Virus record (IMG/VR): IMGVR_UViG_3300033149_006504
Span: 1 to 57,790 of that record
Strand: one strand, 5' to 3'
Length of the DNA stretch: 57,790 bases
From: a virus
Lineage: Duplodnaviria; Caudoviricetes
Made by a program: the position numbers and the translations under genes. This document shows positions 44,928 to 54,127 of the stretch, piece after piece. The notes beneath the pieces were generated by a model that was given only the letters and a program-made list of their open reading frames with translations, made no database searches and was not told the DNA's origin. Positions within the stretch are counted from its first letter, which is position 1. Every line of letters starts with the position of its first letter.

Positions 44928-45698
44928 ATGGCATTAGACATCTCAAAAATTCGAGCACGACTCGATACTGTAAAAAACAACGGCAAAGCGGGAGGCTCGT
45001 TTTGGCGTCCAAAAGACGGCACACAAGTCATCCGCATTGTTCCAACAGCGGACGGTGATCCTTTCAAGGACTATTGGTTCCACTACAATCTGGGGCCAGA
45101 GCAGCGAGGGGGACTTCTTTGTCCGAAAAAGAATCATGGAGATAGTTGTCCCATCTGTAATTTCAAAGATCAACTTTGGAAAGAGTTTAACGAAACTCAA
45201 GATCAAGATACCATGAAGCTGGCCAAGGATTTATCTCCACGGCAAAGATTCTTCTCACCAGTGATGGTGAGGACAGAGGAGTCTGAGGGCATCCGAATTT
45301 GGGGATATGGTAAAGAGGCGTATACTTCGCTCCTTAACCTTGTTTTAAATCCCGAATACGGAGATATTACAGATATTGATGATGGGACAGACCTGACCTT
45401 AACATATGGAAAGCCCCCAGGTGCAACCTATCCTAAAACTACCCTGACTCCCCGTCGTCGCACAGGTCCACTTTGCGATGATATTGTTGGCGGAGACGAA
45501 GAATGCACTCGATTGCTGGAAAATATTCCAAAGTTTGATACTCTTTTCGTGATGAAGAGTAAGGAGGAGGTACAAGCTGCTCTTGATGGCTTTATTTCGT
45601 CGCTGGAACCCGACACGGGAAACAGTGCACCAGAGCAACTGCAGGCGGAAGAGACATCAGATGTCCTTGCAGCATTTAATGAACTGACTGGCAATTAA
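44928..45698 (+). CDS. Single-stranded DNA-binding protein (T4 gp32-like)
   Basis: FWRP..VIRIVP, Zn ligands H..C..CPIC, IWGYGK, YGDITD..GTDL and an acidic C-terminal tail. Confidence 0.8.
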   Translation: MALDISKIRARLDTVKNNGKAGGSFWRPKDGTQVIRIVPTADGDPFKDYWFHYNLGPEQRGGLLCPKKNHGDSCPICNFKDQLWKEFNETQDQDTMKLAKDLSPRQRFFSPVMVRTEESEGIRIWGYGKEAYTSLLNLVLNPEYGDITDIDDGTDLTLTYGKPPGATYPKTTLTPRRRTGPLCDDIVGGDEECTRLLENIPKFDTLFVMKSKEEVQAALDGFISSLEPDTGNSAPEQLQAEETSDVLAAFNELTGN

Positions 45699-45713
45699 GA
45701 GCCGTTTACCCAC

Positions 45714-45739
45714 GAGGAGGGCGGAATTCCGCCCTCCTC
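45714..45739. repeat. Perfect 26-bp palindrome
   Basis: GAGGAGGGCGGAA|TTCCGCCCTCCTC, located just after the SSB stop, with no T tract. Confidence 0.9.
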
Positions 45740-45775
45740 ATCACATTACAATAATTAACATATTTAGAGAGTACA

Positions 45776-46339
45776 ATGACAACAGAGACGACAACAGAGA
45801 CGACAACAGCAACCGAAGGATCCACAGCAACCGTTCATTATCGAGGAACTTTGAATGATGGCACTGAATTCGATAATTCCCATACACGCGGTGAACCAAT
45901 TACCTTTACAGTCGGTGCAGGAATGATGATTCCGGGGTTCAATAACGCCGTCACTGGTATGACAACCGGAGAAACCAAAACAGTGACAATTCCTGCAGAA
46001 GAGGCATATGGTCCTGTGAACCCAGAGGCAAAAACTGTGGTTCCTCGATCCAACTTTCCATCGGAGATCGAACTAACTGATGGCATGCCAGTTCCCCTTC
46101 GCACTCCTCAAGGTCGTACCGTTTATGGTCGTATCACGGAGCAACAAGAGGATGCTGTAACGGTTGACCTAAATCATCCGCTGGCTGGGCAGGATCTCCA
46201 GTTTGAGATTGAGCTGGTTTCGGTTACGAGTGGGCCTACTGACACCACCACCGATACAACCACCACTACTGACACCACCACTACTGACACCACCACTACT
46301 GACACCACCACTACTGACACCACCACTACAACAACCTAG
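45776..46339 (+). CDS. FKBP-type peptidyl-prolyl isomerase (SlyD/SlpA-like) with Thr-rich termini
   Basis: VHYRGTLNDGTEFDNS, GMMIPGF, PAEEAYG, an insert-in-flap domain and VDLNHPLAGQDLQFEIEL. Confidence 0.9.
   Translation: MTTETTTETTTATEGSTATVHYRGTLNDGTEFDNSHTRGEPITFTVGAGMMIPGFNNAVTGMTTGETKTVTIPAEEAYGPVNPEAKTVVPRSNFPSEIELTDGMPVPLRTPQGRTVYGRITEQQEDAVTVDLNHPLAGQDLQFEIELVSVTSGPTDTTTDTTTTTDTTTTDTTTTDTTTTDTTTTTT
46268..46327 (+). repeat. 15-nt tandem repeat (ACTGACACCACCACT x4) encoding (TDTTT)n
   Basis: Four exact copies plus degenerate flanking copies from about 46238. Confidence 0.9.
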
Positions 46340-46447
46340 CAGTTCTTCTCTGGCCGCAGGGAGGCACGGGCTTACAGGTGTCTCACTTTATTTTATAAAC
46401 AAAGAAGCTCAAGTAGATGAAAATACCAATTAAAGGCGGAGCAATAA

Positions 46448-47557
46448 ATGGCAAAGAGAACTAAATCGTCTGCTGGAAAACTTTCTATGACAGATATGAG
46501 AAAGATGATTAATAAAAAGGCGGGAATGAATGTCGCCCACAATTTGAAAGAGGAGAACCCTACAGAGGTCACTCAATGGATCCCAACAGGTTCTCGGTGG
46601 CTTGATTCAATTATTTGTCGAGGTCAGCTGGCTGGAATTCCCGTCGGAAAAGTAACAGAAATCGCGGGCCTTGAGTCTACTGGGAAGTCCTATATGGCCG
46701 CCCAAATCGCGGCAAATGCTCAAAAGATGGATATGGATGTTGTTTATTTTGATTCTGAATCTGCCATCGACCCGGACTTTCTAGAAAACACTGGCTGCGA
46801 CCTGGACAGGCTGGTTTATGTTCAAGCAACTTCTGTCGAGTTTGTTTTAGAAACCATGGAAGAGTTACTCGGCTCTGATAATCAAATTCTCTTTATCTGG
46901 GATTCTCTGGCCCTAACCCCTGCAATTTCGGATGTAGAAGGAGACTTTAACCCCCAGTCATCTATGGCGATGAAGGCTCGCATTTTAGCCAAGGGGATGT
47001 CAAAGTTAACTCTAGCTATAGCGAATACTAAGTCCACATTTTTGGTTCTCAACCAGCTAAAGACAAATATCACTCGTTCACCCAGCGAGGCCATGACGAC
47101 TCCGTATGTCACACCCGGAGGCAAGGCTATGATTTATGCATATTCTTTGCGCATCTGGCTCACAGGCCGCAAGGCAAAGGCAAGCTTCGTTTTGGATAGC
47201 AATGGGTTTCGTATTGGATCCGAGGTCAAGGTGAAGCTTGAGAAATCTCGATTTGGAACACAAGGGCGCCGGTGCAACTTCCGTATCCTGTGGGGCGGTG
47301 ACCAAGTCAGCATCCAAGATGATGAGTCTCTGTTCGATGCTGTAAGAGGGTCCGACACAATTCTCCAGTCCGGTGCTTGGTATACCATGATTTTTGAAGA
47401 TGGTAAATCTGAAAAATTTCAAGCTGCAAAGTGGGCGGAGAAGATGAGTACCGAGAAGTTCAGACAAAGAGTATATCAGATTATGGATGAAGAAGTCATT
47501 ATGAAGTTCAACAAACGCGAAGGTAAAGCCGAAGATTATTACGACATCGAAGAATAG
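46448..47557 (+). CDS. recA: RecA/UvsX-like recombinase
   Basis: IPTGS..LD, GIPVGKVTEIAGLESTGKS (Walker A), FDSE, IWDS, LNQ and TPGGKA motifs. Confidence 0.92.
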   Translation: MAKRTKSSAGKLSMTDMRKMINKKAGMNVAHNLKEENPTEVTQWIPTGSRWLDSIICRGQLAGIPVGKVTEIAGLESTGKSYMAAQIAANAQKMDMDVVYFDSESAIDPDFLENTGCDLDRLVYVQATSVEFVLETMEELLGSDNQILFIWDSLALTPAISDVEGDFNPQSSMAMKARILAKGMSKLTLAIANTKSTFLVLNQLKTNITRSPSEAMTTPYVTPGGKAMIYAYSLRIWLTGRKAKASFVLDSNGFRIGSEVKVKLEKSRFGTQGRRCNFRILWGGDQVSIQDDESLFDAVRGSDTILQSGAWYTMIFEDGKSEKFQAAKWAEKMSTEKFRQRVYQIMDEEVIMKFNKREGKAEDYYDIEE

Positions 47558-47599
47558 CTCATCGCACTACCTTTGGGTAGTGTAGATACTATTTGTAAT

Positions 47600-48190
47600 A
47601 TGGATCCGCTTTTAAAGGCAAAATACGATAAGTTACTTTTTGAATTGAAATATCTAGAAGCGGATCTCGAATATCACAATTCTGTTCTGTCCACCGCCGA
47701 TAGTGAGTTTAAGAATTGCTTTTATGCAGAGGTAGACAAGCGAGGAGTCCGCAGCCGACTGGACATTAAGCCAAAAACTCAAGAAGAAATAAAACTAAAT
47801 CGAAAACAGCGAAGAGCAAAAAAGAAGGCGAGCAAGGCGGCAGAATCTCTTTACAAACAAATCGCAAACAAAACACATCCAGATAAATTATTAAAAGTAT
47901 CTGATGAGGAGCGCGCCGAAAAAGAGAAGAAGTTTCTAGAGGCCAGTGAGGCAAAGGAGACGGACAACATTTTAAAACTTCATTCTTTGGCAAAAGAATT
48001 AAACATAGAGATTTTAGAAATCTCGGAAGAACAACTAGCCCTGTTCGAGCAGAAGACATCAGAGATTAAAAAACAAATATATATTAAAAAAAACACATGG
48101 ATTTGGGCTTGGTATAATGCCAAAAGCGAAAACCGCGATTCGATCATGTCCAGATATCTCGATTGTGTCTTGACAAACATCCCGAAATGA
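47600..48190 (+). CDS. J-domain-like protein (HPD motif)
   Basis: LYKQIANKTHPDKL..ERAEKEKKFLEASEA matches J-domain helices II-III. ATG at 47600 is preferred over TTG at 47573. Confidence 0.6.
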   Translation: MDPLLKAKYDKLLFELKYLEADLEYHNSVLSTADSEFKNCFYAEVDKRGVRSRLDIKPKTQEEIKLNRKQRRAKKKASKAAESLYKQIANKTHPDKLLKVSDEERAEKEKKFLEASEAKETDNILKLHSLAKELNIEILEISEEQLALFEQKTSEIKKQIYIKKNTWIWAWYNAKSENRDSIMSRYLDCVLTNIPK

Positions 48191-48199
48191 TGATATAAT
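48170..48199 (+). promoter_or_regulatory. Sigma70-type promoter upstream of the 5'-3' exonuclease
   Basis: TTGACA-18 nt-TATAAT with extended TG. Confidence 0.7.
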
Positions 48200-48216
48200 A
48201 TATCACAGGAGAAGAA

Positions 48217-49173
48217 ATGAAAAGATTGGTAATTATTGATGCCCTCAACGCATACTTTAGAGCTTATATCGTAGACCCGAGCTTATCCATGAATGGTGAT
48301 CCCATAGGCGGATACAAGGGGTTTATGAAAATTCTGCAAAAACTTTGTCGAGAACTTCAACCAGATGAAATCGTCATCGCCTGGGATGGCCCCGGCGGAT
48401 CGCAAAAGCGCAAGGCGGTAAATAAAAATTATAAAGAAGGCAGAAAGCCGATTAGACTCAACCGTTCCGTGAGGACACTAACGGAAGATCAGGAGTTGCA
48501 AAACAAGGTGTGGCAGCAACTTCGACTTATGGAAATGTTAAACTTCGCTCCAGTGATTCAGCTGGTGAGTGATGGAATAGAGGCTGATGATGTAATCTCA
48601 TATGTGAGCCAGTATCATAAATACGATGGGTGGCAAAAGATAATTGTTTCAAGCGACAAAGACTTCTTCCAGCTATGCGATAATGAGACGGTCTTGTACC
48701 GCCCCATTCAGAAGGTCTTCATGAATCGTCCAAGAATACTTAAGGAATTCGGAATACATCCGACTAACTTTGCCATGGCCAGAGCCATCGTTGGCGATAA
48801 ATCAGATAACCTCCTCGGAGTGAGGGGAGTCGGCCTAACAACAGTGGCGAAAAAGATGCCCTTCTTCGCCGAAGAGGAGGATGTAACCATCGACGACATA
48901 ATGGGGTTTTGTGAAAACGATAACACAGGGCTTAAAACAATAGCATCGATTGGGGAGTCTCGCGATTTGATAGCGGAAAATTATAAAATAATGCAGCTCT
49001 ATAGTCCATCTATCTCGGTACAAACAAAGAGTAAATTAAAATATTCCCTAGACAGTTTTAAATCTGAATTTAATAAAACAGAGATGATTAAACGCATGAA
49101 TGAGGATGGGTTCGGAGAGTGGAATACAACATCTTTATTCTCCATATTTAAGAAAATCGTAAGTAATTCTTGA
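48217..49173 (+). CDS. 5'-3' exonuclease / flap endonuclease (PolI N-terminal, T4 RNase H-like)
   Basis: IIDALN, AWDG, YKEGR, EADDVI, SSDKDF and GDKSDNLLGVRGVG (H3TH) motifs. Confidence 0.92.
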   Translation: MKRLVIIDALNAYFRAYIVDPSLSMNGDPIGGYKGFMKILQKLCRELQPDEIVIAWDGPGGSQKRKAVNKNYKEGRKPIRLNRSVRTLTEDQELQNKVWQQLRLMEMLNFAPVIQLVSDGIEADDVISYVSQYHKYDGWQKIIVSSDKDFFQLCDNETVLYRPIQKVFMNRPRILKEFGIHPTNFAMARAIVGDKSDNLLGVRGVGLTTVAKKMPFFAEEEDVTIDDIMGFCENDNTGLKTIASIGESRDLIAENYKIMQLYSPSISVQTKSKLKYSLDSFKSEFNKTEMIKRMNEDGFGEWNTTSLFSIFKKIVSNS

Positions 49174-49198
49174 CAAGAATCACAGCAGATGCTATACT
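49170..49198 (+). promoter_or_regulatory. Sigma70-type promoter upstream of the helicase
   Basis: TTGACA-17 nt-TATACT with extended TG. Confidence 0.7.
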
Positions 49199-49221
49199 AG
49201 TAATTCAACACGGGGGGATTT

Positions 49222-50580
49222 ATGTCAAAGGAAGACTTTAGTCAATATGGTAAGGATTTTCAAGAAGCTTTGTGTCATTTGATTTTAGTCGACCGACCGT
49301 TTGCAGATCAGATGTATGAGGTTCTGGATATAAATTTTCTAGAACTAAAATATTTACAAGTTTTTGTGAGACTCATCCGGGAACATCGAGAGAAATTTCC
49401 TGTTCATCCAACAGAGAATATCATGAAGTCTATTCTGCGAACAGAACTGTCTAATGAATTGGATTCTGTACAGCAACAAATAAGAAACTTTTTTGCAAGA
49501 ATTTTTAAAACAGAAATAGAAGATTCGGAATATATTAAAAGTGTGTCTTTGGACTTCTGCAGAAAACAAAAGCTAAAAGAAGCAATGCTCAAATCGGTTT
49601 CTCTAATTAAAGACTCTTCATTTGATGAGATATCTCAGGTTATAAATGACGCCCTTAAGCTAGGTTCGGATTCCGATTTCGGACACGACTATATGCGAGA
49701 CTTTGAGCAGAGGTTCCTTATAAAGTCTCGGGACCCGGTACGAACTGGCTGGGCAGAAATAGATAGGATCACACACCAGGGTCTTGGTAATGGTGAGCTC
49801 GGTGTTGTTATAGCTCCAACTGGTGCCGGAAAATCTATGGCCCTTGTCCACCTGGGGGCACAGGCAGTCATGGACGGTAGAAACGTTGTCTATTATACTC
49901 TGGAATTGTCGGATACAGTTGTTGGTTCGAGATTTGATAGCTGCATAACTAATGTACCGCTAGACGATCTCCGAAGCTTCAAGGATGAAATATATGAAAA
50001 AATTGATGATCTGGAGGGGAAGCTAATCGTCAAAGAATATCCAACAAAGTCCTCCTCCGTTATGACCCTAAAAGCACATGTAGAGAAATTAATTAATAGG
50101 GGCTTTAAACCCGATGTTCTTATCGTTGATTATGCGGACCTTTTACGTCCTGCCTCAACATTGAGGGAGAAAAGACATGAATTGGAGACTATTTATGAAC
50201 AGCTCCGTGGCTTGGCGCAAGAACATAAATGTTGTGTTTGGACCGCATCGCAGACAAACCGTTCCGGCTTGAATGCTGAAGTTATTACCATGGAATCAAT
50301 AAGTGAGGCTTTTAATAAGTGTTTTGTCGCAGATTTTATATTTTCAATATCCAGAACATCGGAAGACAAATTGAATAATTCCGGCCGTGTTTTTATTGCC
50401 AAGAACAGGAACGGGGTTGATGGGGCAATTTATCCTATTTTCATGGACACCTCCAATATCACAATTAAGGTATTTCCATCCTCCGGAGAAACAATCGGAG
50501 AGGTCAAAAGAGATGCGAAAAAGCGACAAGAGCAGAAGCTAGTAACACTATACAAGAAAAATAAAGGCGGAAGGAAATAA
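49222..50580 (+). CDS. Replicative DNA helicase (DnaB/T4 gp41-like, SF4)
   Basis: APTGAGKS, YYTLEL, LIVKEYPT, IVDYADLL, WTASQTNR and KNRNG motifs. Confidence 0.92.
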   Translation: MSKEDFSQYGKDFQEALCHLILVDRPFADQMYEVLDINFLELKYLQVFVRLIREHREKFPVHPTENIMKSILRTELSNELDSVQQQIRNFFARIFKTEIEDSEYIKSVSLDFCRKQKLKEAMLKSVSLIKDSSFDEISQVINDALKLGSDSDFGHDYMRDFEQRFLIKSRDPVRTGWAEIDRITHQGLGNGELGVVIAPTGAGKSMALVHLGAQAVMDGRNVVYYTLELSDTVVGSRFDSCITNVPLDDLRSFKDEIYEKIDDLEGKLIVKEYPTKSSSVMTLKAHVEKLINRGFKPDVLIVDYADLLRPASTLREKRHELETIYEQLRGLAQEHKCCVWTASQTNRSGLNAEVITMESISEAFNKCFVADFIFSISRTSEDKLNNSGRVFIAKNRNGVDGAIYPIFMDTSNITIKVFPSSGETIGEVKRDAKKRQEQKLVTLYKKNKGGRK

Positions 50581-52818
50581 ATGTCAATCAGCACCCTACA
50601 GGATTATACAAGAATAGCAAAATATGCTAGATACTTACCAGAAGAAAAACGCAGAGAAACCTGGAAGGAGCAAGTAAGCAGGGTCTTTTCCATGCATCGA
50701 GAAAAATTTAAAGAATACCCGGAAGTGATGCCTCATATTGACCTCGCAGAATCGGCTGTCTTAGAGAAGGATATATTAGGATCCCAACGTATTTTGCAAT
50801 TTGGCGGCGAACCCATCTTTAAGCACAATGCAAGAGTTTATAATTGCAGTTTCGGGCATATTAACAGACCCAGGGCATTTCAGGAGCTTATGTACCTTCT
50901 TTTGTGTGGAAGCGGCGTCGGGTTTTCTGTACAGAGGCACCACATTGCAAGGCTACCGCCAGCTGCAAAAAGAGTGCATCCCTGTCAGACCTACATAGTA
51001 CCTGATACGATAGAGGGCTGGTCCGATGCTGTCGGTGTCCTCGTCGCTAGTTATTTGGGTGGAATTCCGGAATTTGAAAAATATATTGGGTGTAAGGTTG
51101 TATTTGATTATTCAAATATCCGACCGGCCGGCTCTCCCTTAAGTTCCGGTGCAAAAGCCCCTGGCCCCGGTGGGTTAAAAAGATCCATCGAAAAAATCGA
51201 GGAGATTTTCGAAAAAAGAATTCAATCCCTAAACAGGGTTTCCCTTCGCCCAATAGATATATATGATATTATCATGCATGCTGCCGATGCAGTTATCTCT
51301 GGAGGAGTCAGGAGATCGGCCACAATCGCCCTATTCTCCCCGGACGACAAGGCCATGGCGACCGCCAAGACAGGAAACTGGTTTATCGAGAATCCTCAGA
51401 GGGGCAGGTCAAACAACAGTGCATTGCTGGTAAGAGACAAGACGACAAAAGAAACTTTTAAACAGCTCATGGCATGTGTTAAGGAATACGGAGAACCCGG
51501 ATTTGTTTGGACGGAAAGCACCGAGATGGGATTTAATCCATGTGTCGAGATCGGACTCTATCCCGTAGATGTTGAAACGGGTGCAACCGGATGGCAATTC
51601 TGTAATTTGGCGGAGATTAATGGCAAAAGGGCCAATACCGAGGAGAAGTTTTATGAAGCATGCAAGGCCGCAGCAATACTTGGGACTCTCCAAGCAGCAT
51701 ACACAAGCTTCCCCTACCTTGGGGAAACCACAGAGAGAATTACTAAACGCGAGGCACTGCTGGGTGTCTCCATTACTGGAATGATGGACAGCCCCGATAT
51801 CCTTTTTAATCCACAGATTCAAAGAAATGGCGCAAAAATTGTAAAAGACATCAATAAGGAAATCGCCTCCATTATTGATATTAACCCGGCCGCTAGAACG
51901 ACTTGTATAAAACCAGCTGGCTCAACCAGCTGTATTCTTGGCACTGCTAGTGGCATCCACCCTCATCACGCGAAAAGATATTTCAGGAGAGTACAAGCCA
52001 ACATGCAGGAGAACCCAGTTCGTCATTTTAAGAAGATTAATCCAAGAGCAGTTGAGACTTCCGTTTGGGATCCAAATGGAATGACAGAGGTGATTACATT
52101 TTTGTGTGAAGTTCCCATAGGAGCAAAGACTAAAAATCAAATCAATGCTCAAAATTTGCTAGAGAGTGTCAAACTGACTCAACAGAACTGGGTTAGGTAT
52201 GGGACAAATAAAGAATTGTGCACACAACCGTGGTTAAGTCACAATGTTTCCAACACTATACATGTACGGTATAACGAGTGGGATCTCATAGAGGATTATA
52301 TTTTTAAAAATAGAAAATACTTTGCAGGAATTTCTTTAATTCCAAACTCTGGAGACAAAGATTATCCACAGGCTCCATTCTGTGCAGTGCCGTATCCTCA
52401 AGATATCTTGAGAGAATATGGACCTGGATCCTTTTTCGCCTCTGGTATTATAGAGTCTGCTCTCAAGGCTTTTCTGGGAGACTTATGGGCAGCGTCTGAC
52501 TGCCTGCTGGGAATAGGCGAGCCAATTGAATTGGCTGACTGGTTAAAGAGGGAATGGCTAACCTCAGCAATTAAATTTGCTGATAGTCACTTTGCCGGTG
52601 ATGTGAGGAAAATGACCTATTGCCTGAAAGATATTTATAATCTCAAGAAGTGGGAAAAACTATCTCTTGAGTATAAAGATGTTGACTGGACAACAATGTG
52701 TGAGGAAGAGGATAATATAGATTTTCAACAGGAATCCGCATGTGCCGGCGGAGCTTGTGAATTGCCAGCAGAATACTTAAAGGCACTTAGAAACTTAAAC
52801 AACCTAGAGGAGATATAA
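50581..52818 (+). CDS. nrdJ: Class II (adenosylcobalamin-dependent) ribonucleotide reductase
   Basis: YNC, GSGVGFSV, GGVRRSA, NPCVEI, FCNLAEIN, TCIKPAGS and a C-terminal CAGGAC pair; no ATP cone and no adjacent nrdB. Confidence 0.8.
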   Translation: MSISTLQDYTRIAKYARYLPEEKRRETWKEQVSRVFSMHREKFKEYPEVMPHIDLAESAVLEKDILGSQRILQFGGEPIFKHNARVYNCSFGHINRPRAFQELMYLLLCGSGVGFSVQRHHIARLPPAAKRVHPCQTYIVPDTIEGWSDAVGVLVASYLGGIPEFEKYIGCKVVFDYSNIRPAGSPLSSGAKAPGPGGLKRSIEKIEEIFEKRIQSLNRVSLRPIDIYDIIMHAADAVISGGVRRSATIALFSPDDKAMATAKTGNWFIENPQRGRSNNSALLVRDKTTKETFKQLMACVKEYGEPGFVWTESTEMGFNPCVEIGLYPVDVETGATGWQFCNLAEINGKRANTEEKFYEACKAAAILGTLQAAYTSFPYLGETTERITKREALLGVSITGMMDSPDILFNPQIQRNGAKIVKDINKEIASIIDINPAARTTCIKPAGSTSCILGTASGIHPHHAKRYFRRVQANMQENPVRHFKKINPRAVETSVWDPNGMTEVITFLCEVPIGAKTKNQINAQNLLESVKLTQQNWVRYGTNKELCTQPWLSHNVSNTIHVRYNEWDLIEDYIFKNRKYFAGISLIPNSGDKDYPQAPFCAVPYPQDILREYGPGSFFASGIIESALKAFLGDLWAASDCLLGIGEPIELADWLKREWLTSAIKFADSHFAGDVRKMTYCLKDIYNLKKWEKLSLEYKDVDWTTMCEEEDNIDFQQESACAGGACELPAEYLKALRNLNNLEEI

Positions 52819-53093
52819 TGTTTACACCATGTAACCGATATTTATTAGTTGAGAAAATTGAAAAAGAAGAAAAGACCAGAAGCCTCATAGAACTGCCAGA
52901 GGGAACTTTTGACACAGAAACTAGATTTGAGAAAGTATCTATTAGGGCTATCTCTTCTGATGTTCGCCCCCCTCTTAAGGTGGGCAATGAAATCGTTGTT
53001 CTCAGTCACATGATCGAAGAGGTGGATTTTGGAGATGAAACTGTCTATTTAGTATTAGAGAACCATGTTCTTGGAATTACCGGAGGGAGATAA
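52818..53093 (+). CDS. groES: GroES/Cpn10-like co-chaperonin
   Basis: PCNRYLLVE..EKTRSLIELP, LKVGNEIV and YLVLENHVLG match the Cpn10 pattern and length (91 aa). Confidence 0.75.
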   Translation: MFTPCNRYLLVEKIEKEEKTRSLIELPEGTFDTETRFEKVSIRAISSDVRPPLKVGNEIVVLSHMIEEVDFGDETVYLVLENHVLGITGGR

Positions 53094-53094
53094 G

Positions 53095-53238
53095 ATGAAA
53101 GTGAATAAAAAATTTTTAAATTTGTTGAGAAGTCTCATTAAAGAGACACTAAAGGAGAGGGAAGTTCTTCTCGAATCTCCAGTCAGGAGCAATCGAGAAA
53201 TAATTGCCGAAGAAAAGATCAACAATCTCATAAAATAA
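53095..53238 (+). CDS. 47-aa hypothetical protein (not in ORF track)
   Basis: MKVNKKFLNLLRSLIKETLKERE..., with a GGGAG RBS; fills the intergenic gap. Confidence 0.55.
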   Translation: MKVNKKFLNLLRSLIKETLKEREVLLESPVRSNREIIAEEKINNLIK

Positions 53239-53254
53239 AAGAATCATCGAGCAT

Positions 53255-54127
53255 TTGAAACTAGATATGCATATATATCATCACAACACCGTAGTAATCG
53301 GAGGGGGGTTAAATGCTGCACTGTATTCTTACTATAATAAGCTCCCTTGCATTTATCGCTGCGGTGCTGCCCCTTTTAGGTTTGATGTGCTGGAACAAGG
53401 ACCACTGTTGGACTCCGAAAATGTCAACATGCTGGAAATCTGGAAAAAATTAAATTTTATTCTTGGGTTATCTGGGCAGATCCCAATGGGTGATCGGGTT
53501 TCTTCAATAAATATTCATGAAAATATACTGAAAGCTATTACTCACAATTCTCGATTAGGGAAATTTGAGTTTGAAAAGCTAATAGTGTTTGATGATAGAC
53601 ACATTTCTGGCCTGCCTCCAATTAAGAAGAGGGACATTAAAAAATGTAGGGTTATTGATTGGTTTCATGTTCGTTCTGGTATGGAGCACGATCATGATTT
53701 GTTGGAGACAGAGGATGAATTTATTCAAAAGGTAATTTTCTACCCCTCGGACAGGTTTGGAAATCAAAAATCAGGAAGAGTCAGAAAAGACCTCGTGTCG
53801 ATATCATATCTCGATGACAATGAGATAAGAGATTTCGAGTATTCTGGCACAATGGCAAGATTTAAAATTCTCCAGATGATGAAGGGTGCAGGAATAAGGG
53901 GTGCTCGCAATGGTCGAGACACATATAACCCAGAGATTTATCGGTACTACTCTCCGAAGATTGAAGCAACACAAAGAGAAATTTTCCCCGACATTAAAAA
54001 TTATTATGAGGATGATAAGAGATTTGAATTTCGATATGATACACCAGAAGAAGTTCTTCATCAGTTTAAGTGCACTCCGGATAATTACTCATCAAAATTA
54101 TTAAAACTATTAACAAAAGGAGACTAA
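53255..54127 (+). CDS. Hypothetical protein with N-terminal Rossmann-like motif
   Basis: TVVIGGGLNA dinucleotide-binding-like motif; the rest is unrecognised. Confidence 0.55.
   Translation: MKLDMHIYHHNTVVIGGGLNAALYSYYNKLPCIYRCGAAPFRFDVLEQGPLLDSENVNMLEIWKKLNFILGLSGQIPMGDRVSSINIHENILKAITHNSRLGKFEFEKLIVFDDRHISGLPPIKKRDIKKCRVIDWFHVRSGMEHDHDLLETEDEFIQKVIFYPSDRFGNQKSGRVRKDLVSISYLDDNEIRDFEYSGTMARFKILQMMKGAGIRGARNGRDTYNPEIYRYYSPKIEATQREIFPDIKNYYEDDKRFEFRYDTPEEVLHQFKCTPDNYSSKLLKLLTKGD

Noticed and set aside
46203-46433. Pro/Leu-rich 76-aa ORF (LLTPP repeats)
   Set aside because: It is an alternate-frame reading of the 15-nt repeat in the FKBP tail.
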